From contig OY820591.1 of NCBI GenBank assembly GCA_963555985.3, positions 1,280,001 through 1,344,000 on the forward strand: 64,000 bases of DNA, in the 5' to 3' direction. Source of the stretch: Dehalococcoidia bacterium. GTDB lineage: Bacteria; Chloroflexota; Dehalococcoidia; Bin125. The position numbers were made by a program, and so were the translations under genes. The notes under the pieces were generated by a model that was not told where the DNA came from, did not search any database, and saw only the letters and a program-made list of their open reading frames with translations. This document shows, piece after piece, positions 43,990-54,956 of this stretch; positions within the stretch are counted from its first letter, which is position 1; each line of letters opens with the position of its first letter.

Positions 43990-44790
43990 ATGGCCGACTA
44001 CGAATTCATCAAGTACGAGCAGGACGGCAACATCGTCACGATCACGATCAACCGCCCGGAGCGGATGAACTCGATTCACCCGCCGACGACGGAGGAGCTG
44101 TCGGACGCCTGGAACACGTTCGCGGAGGACGACTCGGCCTGGGTCGGGATTCTGACCGGCGCGGGGGAGCGGGCGTTCTCGGCGGGCAACGACCTGAAGT
44201 ACACGGCGGAGATGTCGCGTGTGCCCGCCAACGAGCGTCCCAGCTTTGCTCCGGTGCGGGGCGGCTTTGGCGGCATCACCGCCGACTGGGAGTGCCCCAA
44301 GCCGATGATCGCGGCCGTCAATGGCTTCGCCTTGGGCGGCGGCTGCGAAATGGCGATGGCCTGCGACATCATCATCGCCGCCGATCACGCCCGCCTGGGC
44401 CTGCCCGAACCGCGCGTGGGCCTGATGGCCGGCGCCGGCGGCGTCCATCGCCTGCCCCGCCACATTCCGCTCAAGATCGCCATGGGCTACATGCTCACCG
44501 GCAATCACATCCCCGCCCCCATCGCCCACCAGTGGGGTCTGGTCAACGAGGTCGTCCCCGCCGCCGAGCTGATGGACACCGCCCGCCGCTGGGCCAGCGA
44601 AATCCTGCTCTGCGCCCCCATCTCCGTCCGCGCCTCCAAGGAGGCCGCCTACAAAGGCCTCGACCTCCCGCTCCCGGCGGCCCTCACCCATTCCTTCCAC
44701 CAACAGCGCATCATGGGCCAGTCCGAAGACCTCATCGAAGGCCCCCGAGCCTTCGCCGAGAAGCGAACGCCGAACTGGAAAGGCCGCTAG
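43990..44790 (+). CDS. Enoyl-CoA hydratase (CaiD-like crotonase)
   Basis: INRPERMN, AFSAGNDLK, NGFALGGGCE and LPEPRVG (both catalytic Glu present). Confidence 0.92.
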   Translation: MADYEFIKYEQDGNIVTITINRPERMNSIHPPTTEELSDAWNTFAEDDSAWVGILTGAGERAFSAGNDLKYTAEMSRVPANERPSFAPVRGGFGGITADWECPKPMIAAVNGFALGGGCEMAMACDIIIAADHARLGLPEPRVGLMAGAGGVHRLPRHIPLKIAMGYMLTGNHIPAPIAHQWGLVNEVVPAAELMDTARRWASEILLCAPISVRASKEAAYKGLDLPLPAALTHSFHQQRIMGQSEDLIEGPRAFAEKRTPNWKGR

Positions 44791-45371
44791 CCGTCGGATC
44801 GCCACGGCGGATCAGCCGACAACTCCCCCATCCGCCGACCCGAGTCCGGCACATCGTGACTCAACTTCCGCCCATACTCCTCCGCCCACTCCGGCGGCAG
44901 CACCTGCTGCACCTCGTGCCAACGAAGCGGCTGACCGCGAGTATTGCGTGAAGCGTCGGTCACATCTGCCAACCAGATCGCCATGTCGCCCCCGTCCATG
45001 TAGTTGACGACGCGGCAAGTCATCCAGCCCAGCACGCCCTCAAGGATCGGCGAACCATCCTCGTGCGTGCGCCAGTCCAGGCCCTCGAACTTGTCCACTT
45101 CGCTCTGTGAGCGAAAGCCCCAGTGCCGCACCCACTCCCACTGCTCGCGGGCAAGGACATGCACGGCGAAACGTCCGCTCTGTTCGATCAGACCGTTGGT
45201 GTGATTGCGTTTCTGAATCTGCACCAACACACGCGGCTGCGCCGGAACGATCGAGGCTGCAAACGCCCCAACCGCAATCTGTCCGCCCCGACGCTCGCCA
45301 TCGGCAGCAGTGACCAGTGTCAACGGTGACCACATCAGCGTGAGCAGGGAAGGCGCGTCTTGGATCGGCAT
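44787..45371 (-). CDS. Flavin reductase-like domain protein
   Basis: LVTA, GRFAVHVL, GFRSQSEVDKF and PILEG...CRV...GGD. Confidence 0.85.
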   Translation of the reverse strand: MPIQDAPSLLTLMWSPLTLVTAADGERRGGQIAVGAFAASIVPAQPRVLVQIQKRNHTNGLIEQSGRFAVHVLAREQWEWVRHWGFRSQSEVDKFEGLDWRTHEDGSPILEGVLGWMTCRVVNYMDGGDMAIWLADVTDASRNTRGQPLRWHEVQQVLPPEWAEEYGRKLSHDVPDSGRRMGELSADPPWRSDG

Positions 45372-45380
45372 AGACGGAGA

Positions 45381-46109
45381 CTAACCGCCCTCAGCTTCGT
45401 TGGCGCTGGCCTCTGCTGAGAGACTTGCCGCGGACGCCTCGGCATCGCGCCGCTCGCGCGAACGCCTCCACGCCATCCACCCAATCGGGAGCGCGAAGAA
45501 GACCAGAATGGCGGCAAACGCAGCAAGGGCGATAACCCAGTTGCGCCGCACACCCTCTCCGAGCACGGCGGCAAGTCCCAGGATCGGCGCGGAGGCGAGC
45601 ACGGAGATGACGAAGTAAGGAATGAAGCGCATCTGGGTCAGTCCGGCAGCATAGGACACATAATCCACACCTGCGATCGGAAAGAGCCGCAGCACAATCA
45701 GGAGACGGAGGCCGAGCCGCTCGCCAAGCTCGTCGACTTTGTCGAGCGCAGCCTGCGACATCAGCCGGCGCAGCGCTGGACGTCCCAGTACGCGGGCGAG
45801 CGCATAGCAGATTGAAGAGCCGATCGCAGTGGCGCTGAGGGTGTAGGCGAAACCCAGACCGCCGCCAAACGCAGTCGCCGCCAGCACCGGCAACGGCGCA
45901 GTCGGTACCGGCGCGAAGAGCATCGATCCGGCGAAGACGAGGATGTAGATGATCGGCCCCCAAGGACCGAGGTCCTCAATCCAGCCTTCAAGGTCAGTTT
46001 CGTCGTACGGCGACCAGCGATCGTAGGCAACATAAAGTGCGATCAGACCCGCGATCACGACGATCACCACGACAGCGGCGATGGCGGCGCGTTTGCGCGT
46101 GATTTCCAT
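45381..46109 (-). CDS. TVP38/TMEM64 (VTT/DedA) family membrane protein
   Basis: LGPWGPIIY, FG...G and LRLFP...VSYAAGLT. Confidence 0.88.
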   Translation of the reverse strand: MEITRKRAAIAAVVVIVVIAGLIALYVAYDRWSPYDETDLEGWIEDLGPWGPIIYILVFAGSMLFAPVPTAPLPVLAATAFGGGLGFAYTLSATAIGSSICYALARVLGRPALRRLMSQAALDKVDELGERLGLRLLIVLRLFPIAGVDYVSYAAGLTQMRFIPYFVISVLASAPILGLAAVLGEGVRRNWVIALAAFAAILVFFALPIGWMAWRRSRERRDAEASAASLSAEASANEAEGG

Positions 46110-46237
46110 TCGTCCACCATACGCGCCGAACTGCCCTCGTTTGAGTCGGACAGACGCCGCGATCTGCGTGTAGTGTCGAAGCTATGCAGGTTGACTTAAC
46201 GGCCCGCCCACGCTGAGGCACGGTGAAGGGACGAACG

Positions 46238-47590
46238 ATGAGCGCGGAATCGACGATCGATCGGGAGTTCTTCGCAAAACATCAAGGCTCTGCCGAACGC
46301 GCTGCCGAAGCGCGGACGCTGTTCCCCTCCGGCGTGACGCACGACGCCCGCTACTTCGAGCCGTTCGGGATCGTCGTCGATCGTGCGCAGGGAGCGCGTA
46401 AGTGGGACGTCGACGGCAACGAGATCATCGACTACGTGATGGGCCACGGCGCCCTCTTGTTCGGCCACAGCCACCCCGATCTCGTGGAAGCGGTCCAGCA
46501 CCAGATCCAGTGGGGAACGCACTTCGGTGGCTCTTCTGAGTTGGAGCGGCAGTGGGCGAGAGCGATCCAGCGGCTGCTACCGAGCGCCGAGAAGGTGCGC
46601 TTCACCTCGTCGGGCACAGAGGCGACGATGATGGCCGTGCGTCTGGCTCGCGCCGCGACCGGACGCAACCGCCTGCTCCGCCTGCGCAACCACTTCCACG
46701 GCTGGAACGACAGCGTGATGGCGGCGGGTCGCACATCGGCCGGGTACATCTCGGCGGCCGGCCATGCGCCCGCAATGCAGGAGACGATCACAGCAGTCGA
46801 TCAGACCGACATCGCTGCGGTGTCGGAGGAGCTCTCGAGCGGCGAATACGCCGCCATGATCCTCGAACCGACCGGCTACTCATGGGGCACGTGCCCGCTC
46901 CCGCCCGAGTACGTGGCGGAGTTTCGGCAACTGACCGAGCAGACGGGAACGATCCTGATCTTCGATGAGGTCGTGACCGGATTCCGGGCCTCTGCGGGCG
47001 GCGTCCAGGAGCGGATTGGCGTGCGCCCCGATCTGACCACCCTCGCCAAGATCGCCGCCGGCGGACTACCGGGCGGTGCGGTCTGCGGGCGCGCCGATCT
47101 GCTTGACCAAATCGGATTCGATGCAACTGCGCGCGTAGCCCACCCAGGCACGTTCAACGCGAACCCGCTCAGTGCCGCAGCAGGGACGCGGGCGCTGACA
47201 GCCGTAGCCGAGGATGATCCGAACTCGATTGCGGATGCGCGCGCGACGCAACTCTCGCGGGGACTGAACGATGCGCTGCTGAGCGCAGAAGCGCCCGGCT
47301 GTGCTTGGGCGGACGCCTCGATGGTGCATCTGATCCTCGGCCAAGACCTGGAACGTCCGCAGGACGGCGTTAGCTGGGAATGGGAATCGCGCGGCGGGGC
47401 AAGCGCCACCTTGCCCACGACCGCGCCGGAAATTGCTTGGCCCTTCCGGCGCGCGCTGCTCAATCACGGCGTCGATCTGATGGGCATGGGCGCGCTCGTC
47501 AGCTGCGTGCATAGTGAGGCCGACATCGAGGCCACGCTCGACGCCTTCGCGGCCGCGTTGTCCGACTTGCGCCGAGACGAGATCCTCTGA
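46238..47590 (+). CDS. Class III aminotransferase, GSA aminomutase-like
   Basis: DVDGNEIIDY, SSGTEATM, FDEVVTGFR, TTLAKIAAGGLP and HPGTFNANP. Confidence 0.88.
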   Translation: MSAESTIDREFFAKHQGSAERAAEARTLFPSGVTHDARYFEPFGIVVDRAQGARKWDVDGNEIIDYVMGHGALLFGHSHPDLVEAVQHQIQWGTHFGGSSELERQWARAIQRLLPSAEKVRFTSSGTEATMMAVRLARAATGRNRLLRLRNHFHGWNDSVMAAGRTSAGYISAAGHAPAMQETITAVDQTDIAAVSEELSSGEYAAMILEPTGYSWGTCPLPPEYVAEFRQLTEQTGTILIFDEVVTGFRASAGGVQERIGVRPDLTTLAKIAAGGLPGGAVCGRADLLDQIGFDATARVAHPGTFNANPLSAAAGTRALTAVAEDDPNSIADARATQLSRGLNDALLSAEAPGCAWADASMVHLILGQDLERPQDGVSWEWESRGGASATLPTTAPEIAWPFRRALLNHGVDLMGMGALVSCVHSEADIEATLDAFAAALSDLRRDEIL

Positions 47591-47838
47591 CCACTGACAC
47601 GGCGCTGTAACGTATGCCCTAGCGCTTGTTCTGCCTGCGTGCGAATATTCACACAGGATGCGCAGCGCGCCGCATCGGTGAGACAGCGGCCGTTTCGACC
47701 GAAATCCACCGAGCGAGCGCCGCGACTCAGTGACGAGTCCCCGCGCCGCGCTGCTCTGATCACTCTGGACGCGGTTCGCGTTCGGCTTTCGCCAGCCGAC
47801 CCTGACCCCGACCGTTGGATTGACGTTCAGGAATCGAT

Positions 47839-50800
47839 ATGCGAGACAGCTCCCACCGCGCCACGCCGCTCCCCTATCCCGGACTCTACGACCCGGAGAG
47901 CGTTCGTGACGCCTGCGGCACGGGATTCGTCGCGCGTCTCGATGGCGTCGCAACGCACGAGCTCGTGCAACAGGCTGTCGAAGGCGTTGTTTCGCTCACA
48001 CACCGAGGCGCGGTCAACGCGGATCCGAATACCGGCGACGGCGCCGGCGTCACGATTCAGATCCCCTACGCGGTGTTGCAACCTGAGCTTGAGCGTCTCG
48101 GGCATCCCGATCTGGCCGAGCAGGACCTCGCTCTGGCGATGGTGTTCCTGCCCCGCGACGAGCATGGACGAGCGCGCGCGCGCAAGCTGCTTGAAGGCGT
48201 GATTGAGCGAACCGGGCTCCGCGTCGTTGGTTGGCGTGTCGTCCCCACCGACCCCAGCGTGCTCGGCGATTGGGCGCTCGAAGGTCTGCCCGGTATCGAG
48301 CAACTGATCTTCAGCCGGGGCGCAAAGCTCGACGATGCGGAGTTCGGACGCCGCGTCTATCTCGCGCGCCGGCGGGCGGACGCGGAGTATCAAGCGCTGG
48401 CCGAGGCGGACGCTGACGATCCGGCGGGGGACACCTACATCGTCTCAATGTCGACTTCGACCGTTGTCTATAAGGGCCTGATGGTCGCGCCCCAGTTGAG
48501 TCGCTTCTACCCGGACCTGACCAATCCCAAGACCGTCTCTGCGCTTGCCCTCTTTCATCAGCGCTACGCCACCAACACCCTGCCGAATTGGCGGATCGCG
48601 CAGCCGTTCCGCTACATCGCCCACAACGGCGAGATCAACACGCTGCTCGGCAATCGCCACTGGATGCAGGCGCGTGGACCGGCGATGCAGTCGGCGGTCT
48701 GGGGTGAGGCAGTCTCGGAGCTGCACCCGATCATCGGCCTGGCGGGTTCGGACTCGCAGGCGTTCGACGAAGCCTTTGAGCTGCTCGTGGCGTCCGGCCG
48801 CTCCGCCCTGCACGCGATGATGATGCTGATCCCCGAAGCCTGGGAGCAGCTTGACGACATGGATCGCGAGCTGCGCGGTTTCTACGAGTACCACGCCTGC
48901 CTCACCGAGCCCTGGGACGGCCCTGCCGCAATGGCCTTCACCGACGGCAAGGTCGCCGCCGCCGCGATGGACCGTAATGGCCTTCGCCCCGCCCGCTACC
49001 AGGTGACCAAGAGCGGACTGGTGGTGATGGCGTCCGAAGTTGGGCTGATCAAGCTCGACCAGGCCGACATCATCGAATCCGGCCGCCTCGGTCCTGGCCA
49101 GATGGTCGCGGTCGATACGGAGCGCCACGAACTGCTCCACAACGACGACATCAAGCGGCGAATTTCACGCCGCCGCCCCTATGCCGCGTGGGTGCGGCAG
49201 CGAATGGGCCGGCTTGAGCGCGCAGCTTCAATCGACGCCTCGATGATCCCCCAGGCCGACGAAGGCGATCTCTTGGCTCGCCAGATCCTGCACGGCTACA
49301 GCAAGGAAGAGGTCGACTTCGTACTCAAGCCGATGGCGCGGCAGGCGAAAGAGCCGGTCGGCTCAATGGGCGATGACACCCCGCTCTCTGTGCTGCATGA
49401 TCCACCGCGACCCTTGTACACCTACTTCCGCCAGAAATTCGCGCAGGTCACCAATCCCCCGATCGACTCGATCCGCGAACGCAATGTGATGTCGCTCGAC
49501 ACTTGGCTGGGCCGGCGGCACTCGCTGCTCGAAGAAGCCCCCGAAGCGGCGCAACTCGTCCATCTACGCTCACCGCTGATTCTCAGCGACGAGCTTGACG
49601 CCCTGATCTCCTTCCGCCTGCCCGGCTTCTCGGCGGCGACCCTGGAGACCTCGTTTCCGGTGTCCGACGGCGCGGCCGGGCTAGAACCTGCGCTGGACGC
49701 GCTCTGCGACCGAGTCGACAACGCGATTGAGGATGGGCATTCCCTGCTCATCTTGACCGACGAGCACATCGACCAGAATCGTGTCCCGATCCCGATGCTG
49801 CTGGCCGTCTCTACCGTGCATCACCATTTGATCGCCAACGGACATCGCATGTCAGCCTCGATCGTCGCCAGCTGCGGCGACGCGCGAGACGTACACCAAG
49901 TCTCTTGCTTGATCGGGTTTGGCGCGGACGCAGTCCATCCCTATCTCGCGCTGCAAACGCTCAACGCCTTGCACGCCCAGGGTGAACTTGAGGAATTCAC
50001 AGCCGACGAGGTGATCGAGCGCTACGTGCAGGCCGTTGATTCCGGCATTCTCAAGATCATGTCGAAGATGGGGATTGCCGCTCGTGCCTCCTACCACGGC
50101 GCCCAGATCTATGAGGCGCTCGGTATCAGCGATCAGGTGGTCTCACGCTCCTTCCCCGGAACGACCTCGCGGATCGGCGGCGTCGGCTTCGAGGAGATTG
50201 GAGCCGACGCGGTGGCGCGGCATGAACTCGCATATCCAGCCGCTGGCCTCGAGGCGGGCGGCTGGTATCGCTACCGGCGCAACGCCGATTACCACGCTAA
50301 TGAGCCCCCGATCTGGCGAGCGCTACATAAGGCCGTCCAGCACCCGGATCACTCCCAGAACGGCAGCCGCGAGGCCTACGAGCAGTATTCGGAACTGGCG
50401 AATTCACGACGGCCGACCGCGCTTCGAGACATGCTCGACTTCCGCTCAGATCATGAACCGATTTCGTTGGACGAAGTCGAACCCCACGACCAGATCACGC
50501 CTCGCTTCAGTACCGGCGCCATGTCGCTTGGCGCGCTCAGCCCGGAAACCCACGAAGACATCGCCCGTGCAATGAATGCGCTCGGCGCACGTTCGAATAC
50601 GGGCGAAGGCGGTGAAGACCCTCGTCGCTTCCTGTTCGACGGCGACAAGTCCGATGCCAATTCGCAAATCAAGCAAATCGCATCGGGCCGCTTCGGTGTA
50701 ACCCCGGCCTATCTCGGCAGCGCGAGCGAGATCGAGATCAAGATCGCGCAAGGCTCGAAGCCCGGCGAGGGCGGGCAGCTGCCGGGACACAAGGTGACCT

Positions 50801-52404
50801 CGTACATTGCGATGCTGCGCCATTCGACCCCCGGCGTCGAACTGATCTCGCCCCCGCCCCATCACGACATCTACTCAATCGAGGATCTCTCGCAGCTGAT
50901 CTACGACCTCAAGATCGCCAATCCTCGCGCGAAGGTCTGTGTGAAGCTGGTCGCCTGTGAAGGCGTCGGGACAATCGCGACCGGCGTCGCCAAGGCGTAC
51001 GCGGATGTCGTCCACATCTCGGGCGCGGACGGCGGCACCGGCGCGTCGCCGCTCTCCTCGGTGAAGTACGCGGGCGCGCCTTGGGAGTTGGGCGTCAAGG
51101 AGGCGCATGAAGCACTGGTCGTCAACGGTTTGCGCGGACGAGTAACGCTCCGCACCGACGGCGGCTTCCACACGGGCCGCGACGTAGTGGTCGCCGCAAT
51201 GTTGGGCGCGGAAGCGTATGGCTTCGGAACCACCGCGCTGGTCGCGCTGGGCTGCAAGATGGCGCGTCAGTGTCACCTCAACACCTGCCCGGTCGGCGTG
51301 GCTACCCAGCGCGAAGATCTGCGCGCGAAGTACTTCGGCAAACCCCAGATGCTGATCAACTTCCTGCTCCACGTGGCGGAGGAAGTCCGGGTCATTCTGG
51401 CCGAGCTGGGTTACAGCAGTCTCGACGAGATCATCGGCCGCACCGACCTGCTCGAACAGGTCCCGCCGCGTTCGGGTGAACGCGCCCAGACAGTCGATCT
51501 GTCCAAGTTGATCGCGCCGGTCGAGGCCGATCCCGAGCTGCCGCGGCAGCGGGCTCAAGAGCGAAACGACCGTCAGAACGATCTCCGGCTCGACGATGAG
51601 CTGCTTGAGCAGATTGGCTCCCACATCGAGAACGGGACCTACTTCTCCGGCGCGTACCCAATCACGAACGAACACCGCACGGTGGGCGCGCGAATCTCCG
51701 GCCGGATCGCACAGCGCTACGGCGACCACGGACTGCCGCCGGGCACGATCGAGCTGTTCTTCGACGGCTCGGCGGGGCAATCATTCGGCGCGTTTCTGGT
51801 GCGCGGCCTGCGGCTCTACCTGCGCGGCGAGGCGAACGACTACGTCGGCAAGGGCATGGGCGGCGGCATGATCGCCGTCGCTCCGCAGGAAGACGCCGGC
51901 TTCGACGGGCGCGATGCAGTGCTCGTGGGCAACACCGTGCTCTACGGCGCGACCGGCGGCAGCCTCTGGGTGGCTGGACGCGCGGGTGAGCGCTTCGCAG
52001 TGCGCAACTCCGGCGCGCGCGCGGTGGTAGAGGGCGTAGGGGATCATGGCTGTGAATACATGACCGGCGGCACGGTGGTCGTGCTTGGCCCGGTCGGGCG
52101 CAACTTCGCTGCCGGCATGAGCGGCGGCGCAGCCTACGTTTGGGATGCCGACGGCGATTTCGCCGATCGCGTCAATCACGCGATGGTGGACCTGGAGCCG
52201 GTTGACGACAGCACCGAAGCGGCGATGCTCGAAGAGATGATCATTGCTCACACAGAGCGCACCGGCAGCAGTCACGCGCGTGAAGTGCTGGCTCGTTGGG
52301 ACGTGGTGCTGCCGCAGATCGTGAAAGTGATCCCCAGGGACTACAAGCGCGTGTTGCGTGAGCGCGCGGCGCTGGAGGCGGCGGCGGTCGCAGCGACGGA
52401 ATAG
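47839..52404 (+). CDS. gltB: Glutamate synthase large subunit
   Basis: DACGTGF (N-terminal Cys), HNGEINT, EPWDGPA, GAMSLGALS, QGSKPGEGGQLPG, CKMARQCHLNTC and C-terminal GXGXG domain. Confidence 0.97.
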   Translation: MRDSSHRATPLPYPGLYDPESVRDACGTGFVARLDGVATHELVQQAVEGVVSLTHRGAVNADPNTGDGAGVTIQIPYAVLQPELERLGHPDLAEQDLALAMVFLPRDEHGRARARKLLEGVIERTGLRVVGWRVVPTDPSVLGDWALEGLPGIEQLIFSRGAKLDDAEFGRRVYLARRRADAEYQALAEADADDPAGDTYIVSMSTSTVVYKGLMVAPQLSRFYPDLTNPKTVSALALFHQRYATNTLPNWRIAQPFRYIAHNGEINTLLGNRHWMQARGPAMQSAVWGEAVSELHPIIGLAGSDSQAFDEAFELLVASGRSALHAMMMLIPEAWEQLDDMDRELRGFYEYHACLTEPWDGPAAMAFTDGKVAAAAMDRNGLRPARYQVTKSGLVVMASEVGLIKLDQADIIESGRLGPGQMVAVDTERHELLHNDDIKRRISRRRPYAAWVRQRMGRLERAASIDASMIPQADEGDLLARQILHGYSKEEVDFVLKPMARQAKEPVGSMGDDTPLSVLHDPPRPLYTYFRQKFAQVTNPPIDSIRERNVMSLDTWLGRRHSLLEEAPEAAQLVHLRSPLILSDELDALISFRLPGFSAATLETSFPVSDGAAGLEPALDALCDRVDNAIEDGHSLLILTDEHIDQNRVPIPMLLAVSTVHHHLIANGHRMSASIVASCGDARDVHQVSCLIGFGADAVHPYLALQTLNALHAQGELEEFTADEVIERYVQAVDSGILKIMSKMGIAARASYHGAQIYEALGISDQVVSRSFPGTTSRIGGVGFEEIGADAVARHELAYPAAGLEAGGWYRYRRNADYHANEPPIWRALHKAVQHPDHSQNGSREAYEQYSELANSRRPTALRDMLDFRSDHEPISLDEVEPHDQITPRFSTGAMSLGALSPETHEDIARAMNALGARSNTGEGGEDPRRFLFDGDKSDANSQIKQIASGRFGVTPAYLGSASEIEIKIAQGSKPGEGGQLPGHKVTSYIAMLRHSTPGVELISPPPHHDIYSIEDLSQLIYDLKIANPRAKVCVKLVACEGVGTIATGVAKAYADVVHISGADGGTGASPLSSVKYAGAPWELGVKEAHEALVVNGLRGRVTLRTDGGFHTGRDVVVAAMLGAEAYGFGTTALVALGCKMARQCHLNTCPVGVATQREDLRAKYFGKPQMLINFLLHVAEEVRVILAELGYSSLDEIIGRTDLLEQVPPRSGERAQTVDLSKLIAPVEADPELPRQRAQERNDRQNDLRLDDELLEQIGSHIENGTYFSGAYPITNEHRTVGARISGRIAQRYGDHGLPPGTIELFFDGSAGQSFGAFLVRGLRLYLRGEANDYVGKGMGGGMIAVAPQEDAGFDGRDAVLVGNTVLYGATGGSLWVAGRAGERFAVRNSGARAVVEGVGDHGCEYMTGGTVVVLGPVGRNFAAGMSGGAAYVWDADGDFADRVNHAMVDLEPVDDSTEAAMLEEMIIAHTERTGSSHAREVLARWDVVLPQIVKVIPRDYKRVLRERAALEAAAVAATE

Positions 52405-52435
52405 CGAGCTCGCTTGTCAGAGCCGCTCGCCCGGG

Positions 52436-52921
52436 CTAGCGAAGCGTGTCAAGCAGGCGGTCGCGCCAACTCGCCGCCTCTGGGCACGGCTCGGCCAACG
52501 CGGGGTCAATGGCAAGGGCAAGAGAGCGCCGAAGGGTTGCCAATCGGCTGAGCGCAACCGGAGGCGGCGGCTCCGCTGCTTGCTGGCGTTGCCGCCAACG
52601 CAGCGCCGCTCCGACCGCGATCCCCAACGTCAGGCCAATCGCGGTGGCCGGGGCCAGCACGGCTGCGCCTGGACGGAGCTCCTCAATGGCAGGAACACGG
52701 ATATCCCAGTTGGGCCGCCGCTGCCGTCGCCGCTCCTCCAGCTCGAGAGTGTGCGCAACAGGCTCATGAGAGAGGTCAGGCTCATGCTCCTCGCCGCCGA
52801 CTCCATTGGCGGAAGGTTCCGGTGCAAGCGGCCCCCAACCGTCGAGTGCAAGTACGGTCGAGGCCGGACGCTCAGCCTCCTCGTTGGGGTCTTGTGGATG
52901 CTGCCCGTTGGGCGTGGTCAT
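52436..52921 (-). CDS. Hypothetical single-TM protein
   Basis: ORF downstream of the MFS gene with an acidic N-terminus, a TM segment (AIGLTLGIAVGAAL) and a basic stop-transfer stretch. Confidence 0.55.
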   Translation of the reverse strand: MTTPNGQHPQDPNEEAERPASTVLALDGWGPLAPEPSANGVGGEEHEPDLSHEPVAHTLELEERRRQRRPNWDIRVPAIEELRPGAAVLAPATAIGLTLGIAVGAALRWRQRQQAAEPPPPVALSRLATLRRSLALAIDPALAEPCPEAASWRDRLLDTLR

Positions 52922-52937
52922 GGTCGTTCCACTGAGT

Positions 52938-54956
52938 TCAGGGCTGGCGCGAATCAAGCCGGCCGTTGCCCTCATCGTAATCGCGCTCTGCAAACGACGG
53001 CATCTGGCGCGCCCATGCTGCGACGAGCTCAACCTGCAACTCGTCGTTAAATCGTGCACTGGACGGTCTCGAATCGCCGTTGCCGACCGTCGGCGGCGCA
53101 ACAGCGGGGGTGGGCAATGACCGACCATCGCCCACCGGCCGGTCACTCGACGGCGGCGACGCGCCCGCCGCAACAACTGCCGGAACCGGCATCTCCGCCG
53201 CTGCGCCGGGTGGTCCCATACTGCCGCGCGCCTGCCGCATTGCGGCCATCATCTCTTCCTGTGTGTGGAACTGGACTCTCGGCAGGAGGATGGCCACCAC
53301 CAGCGCTACCAGCATGACGGCGGCTGCATACATAAACACATCGGTGACGGGTACAGCGAGAGCCTCTCGTGCCGTGTTGATCACCGCTTCCGATGTGCCC
53401 GGAGCGCGCTGCTCGATCACCGCCGTGAATTCCACTAAGCGGTCGGGCGAGAGCAGAACTTCGGGATTCTCCTTGAGCTGGTCGAAGCCTTGTGGAAACG
53501 CCTTGGTGAGTTCGGATGAAAATCCACCTACGACGAGGCTGCCAAAGATGGCCATGCCAATGGCCGCGCCGATCTGCCGGAAGAACTGATTCGCCGCAGT
53601 GCCGGCTCCAAGCAGCTGGAACGGCAGGGCATTCTGCAGCAGGAGCGTGTAGAGCGGCATCAAGGTGCCCATGGACGCTCCCATGAGCAGCATGTAGAGA
53701 CGCGCGAGGTTCTGGCTCGAGTCGACATCAAGGGTCGATAGCAGAAAGAGGGAGAGTGCTGCACCACTGGCTCCCAGGATGGCCACGGGTTTGTAGCGGC
53801 CGGTGCGTGACATGATCTGGCCAGTGAGGACGGACGCGGGTACGACACCAATGCTCATGGGTAGGGTGACAAGGCCGGAATTGGTCGCCGACACGCCCTG
53901 CGCGCCCTGGAGGAAGAAGGGCAGGTTGAACATCGCGCCCATCATGGAGATGCCGATCGCGAACATCACGATCGTGCATAACAAGTAGGTGCGGTTCTGG
54001 AACATCGGCAACGGCATGATGCCGTCGTTGCCCTTGCGCCGGGCGAGGCGCCAGAAGACGACTGAGGCCACGACGGTGACGATGAGCGAGACGATCACCG
54101 GCGAGTCGAACCAGCCGACCTGTGATCCGCCCAACGAGAAGGCCAGCAGCAGCGGTGTCGCAGCGACGATCAGCAGACCGGCGCCCATCCAGTCGGTGGG
54201 TTTGCGATTCGCCGCCTCGGGGCGGTACCAGGGCATGAACAGCGCGACGGCGAGCAGCGCCACGCCTCCCACCGGGATGTTGATGTAGAAGACCCAGCGC
54301 CAGGAGAGTTCGTCGGTCAGCACACCGCCCGCCAACGGACCGACGATGCTCGCCAAGGCGAAAGTGCCGCCCACAATACCGGCCCAACGCCCCCGTTCGG
54401 CGGGAGCGAAGTAGTCGCCCATCACGGTGAAGGCGTTGGCCATGATGAAGGCCGCGCCGAATCCCTGGATCAAGCGGAAGCCGATCAGCTCCCACATGTT
54501 GCCGGAGGCGCCACAGAGGACTGAGGCGATTAGGAAGATCACCACACCGATCATCAGGAATGGCTTGCGGCCGTAGTCATCGGAGAGACGCCCGATGATC
54601 GGGACCATGACGGTCGAGCCGAGCAGGTAGGAGATGGCAGGCCAGGCAAACAGGTCTAGACGCCCTAAATCACCGACAGCCTTCGGCGCAGCGACATTCC
54701 AGATGGTCATGTCGAGCGCCGCGAGGAACAGCGCGATCATGGTCGTGACCATGATCAGCACCTTGCGGCGGTTCGGCAGCAACATGCCCGGCGGCATCAT
54801 GCCCGGCGGGATTCCCGCTGGAGCGCCGGGCGGACCTCCATCGCCTCCAGGACCCGATCCGCCGGCGAATGGCGGCCCGGCACCGCCCGCGGGCGGCGCT
54901 CCCACGCCGTTTCCGCCCATCGGCGGTGTCGGCGCGCCGGGTCGCTCCGACATCAC
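52938..54956 (-). CDS. DHA2 (14-TM, EmrB/QacA-like) MFS efflux transporter
   Basis: FLAALDMTI, GRLSDDYGRK, GPLAGG and WRWVFYINIPVG; Pro/Gly-rich termini. Confidence 0.92.
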   Translation of the reverse strand: MMSERPGAPTPPMGGNGVGAPPAGGAGPPFAGGSGPGGDGGPPGAPAGIPPGMMPPGMLLPNRRKVLIMVTTMIALFLAALDMTIWNVAAPKAVGDLGRLDLFAWPAISYLLGSTVMVPIIGRLSDDYGRKPFLMIGVVIFLIASVLCGASGNMWELIGFRLIQGFGAAFIMANAFTVMGDYFAPAERGRWAGIVGGTFALASIVGPLAGGVLTDELSWRWVFYINIPVGGVALLAVALFMPWYRPEAANRKPTDWMGAGLLIVAATPLLLAFSLGGSQVGWFDSPVIVSLIVTVVASVVFWRLARRKGNDGIMPLPMFQNRTYLLCTIVMFAIGISMMGAMFNLPFFLQGAQGVSATNSGLVTLPMSIGVVPASVLTGQIMSRTGRYKPVAILGASGAALSLFLLSTLDVDSSQNLARLYMLLMGASMGTLMPLYTLLLQNALPFQLLGAGTAANQFFRQIGAAIGMAIFGSLVVGGFSSELTKAFPQGFDQLKENPEVLLSPDRLVEFTAVIEQRAPGTSEAVINTAREALAVPVTDVFMYAAAVMLVALVVAILLPRVQFHTQEEMMAAMRQARGSMGPPGAAAEMPVPAVVAAGASPPSSDRPVGDGRSLPTPAVAPPTVGNGDSRPSSARFNDELQVELVAAWARQMPSFAERDYDEGNGRLDSRQP

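Noticed and set aside
46238-47590. hemL assignment
   Set aside because: It has HFHGWND rather than the HemL-type YHGHxD motif and no heme genes nearby; treated as a GSA-like paralog.
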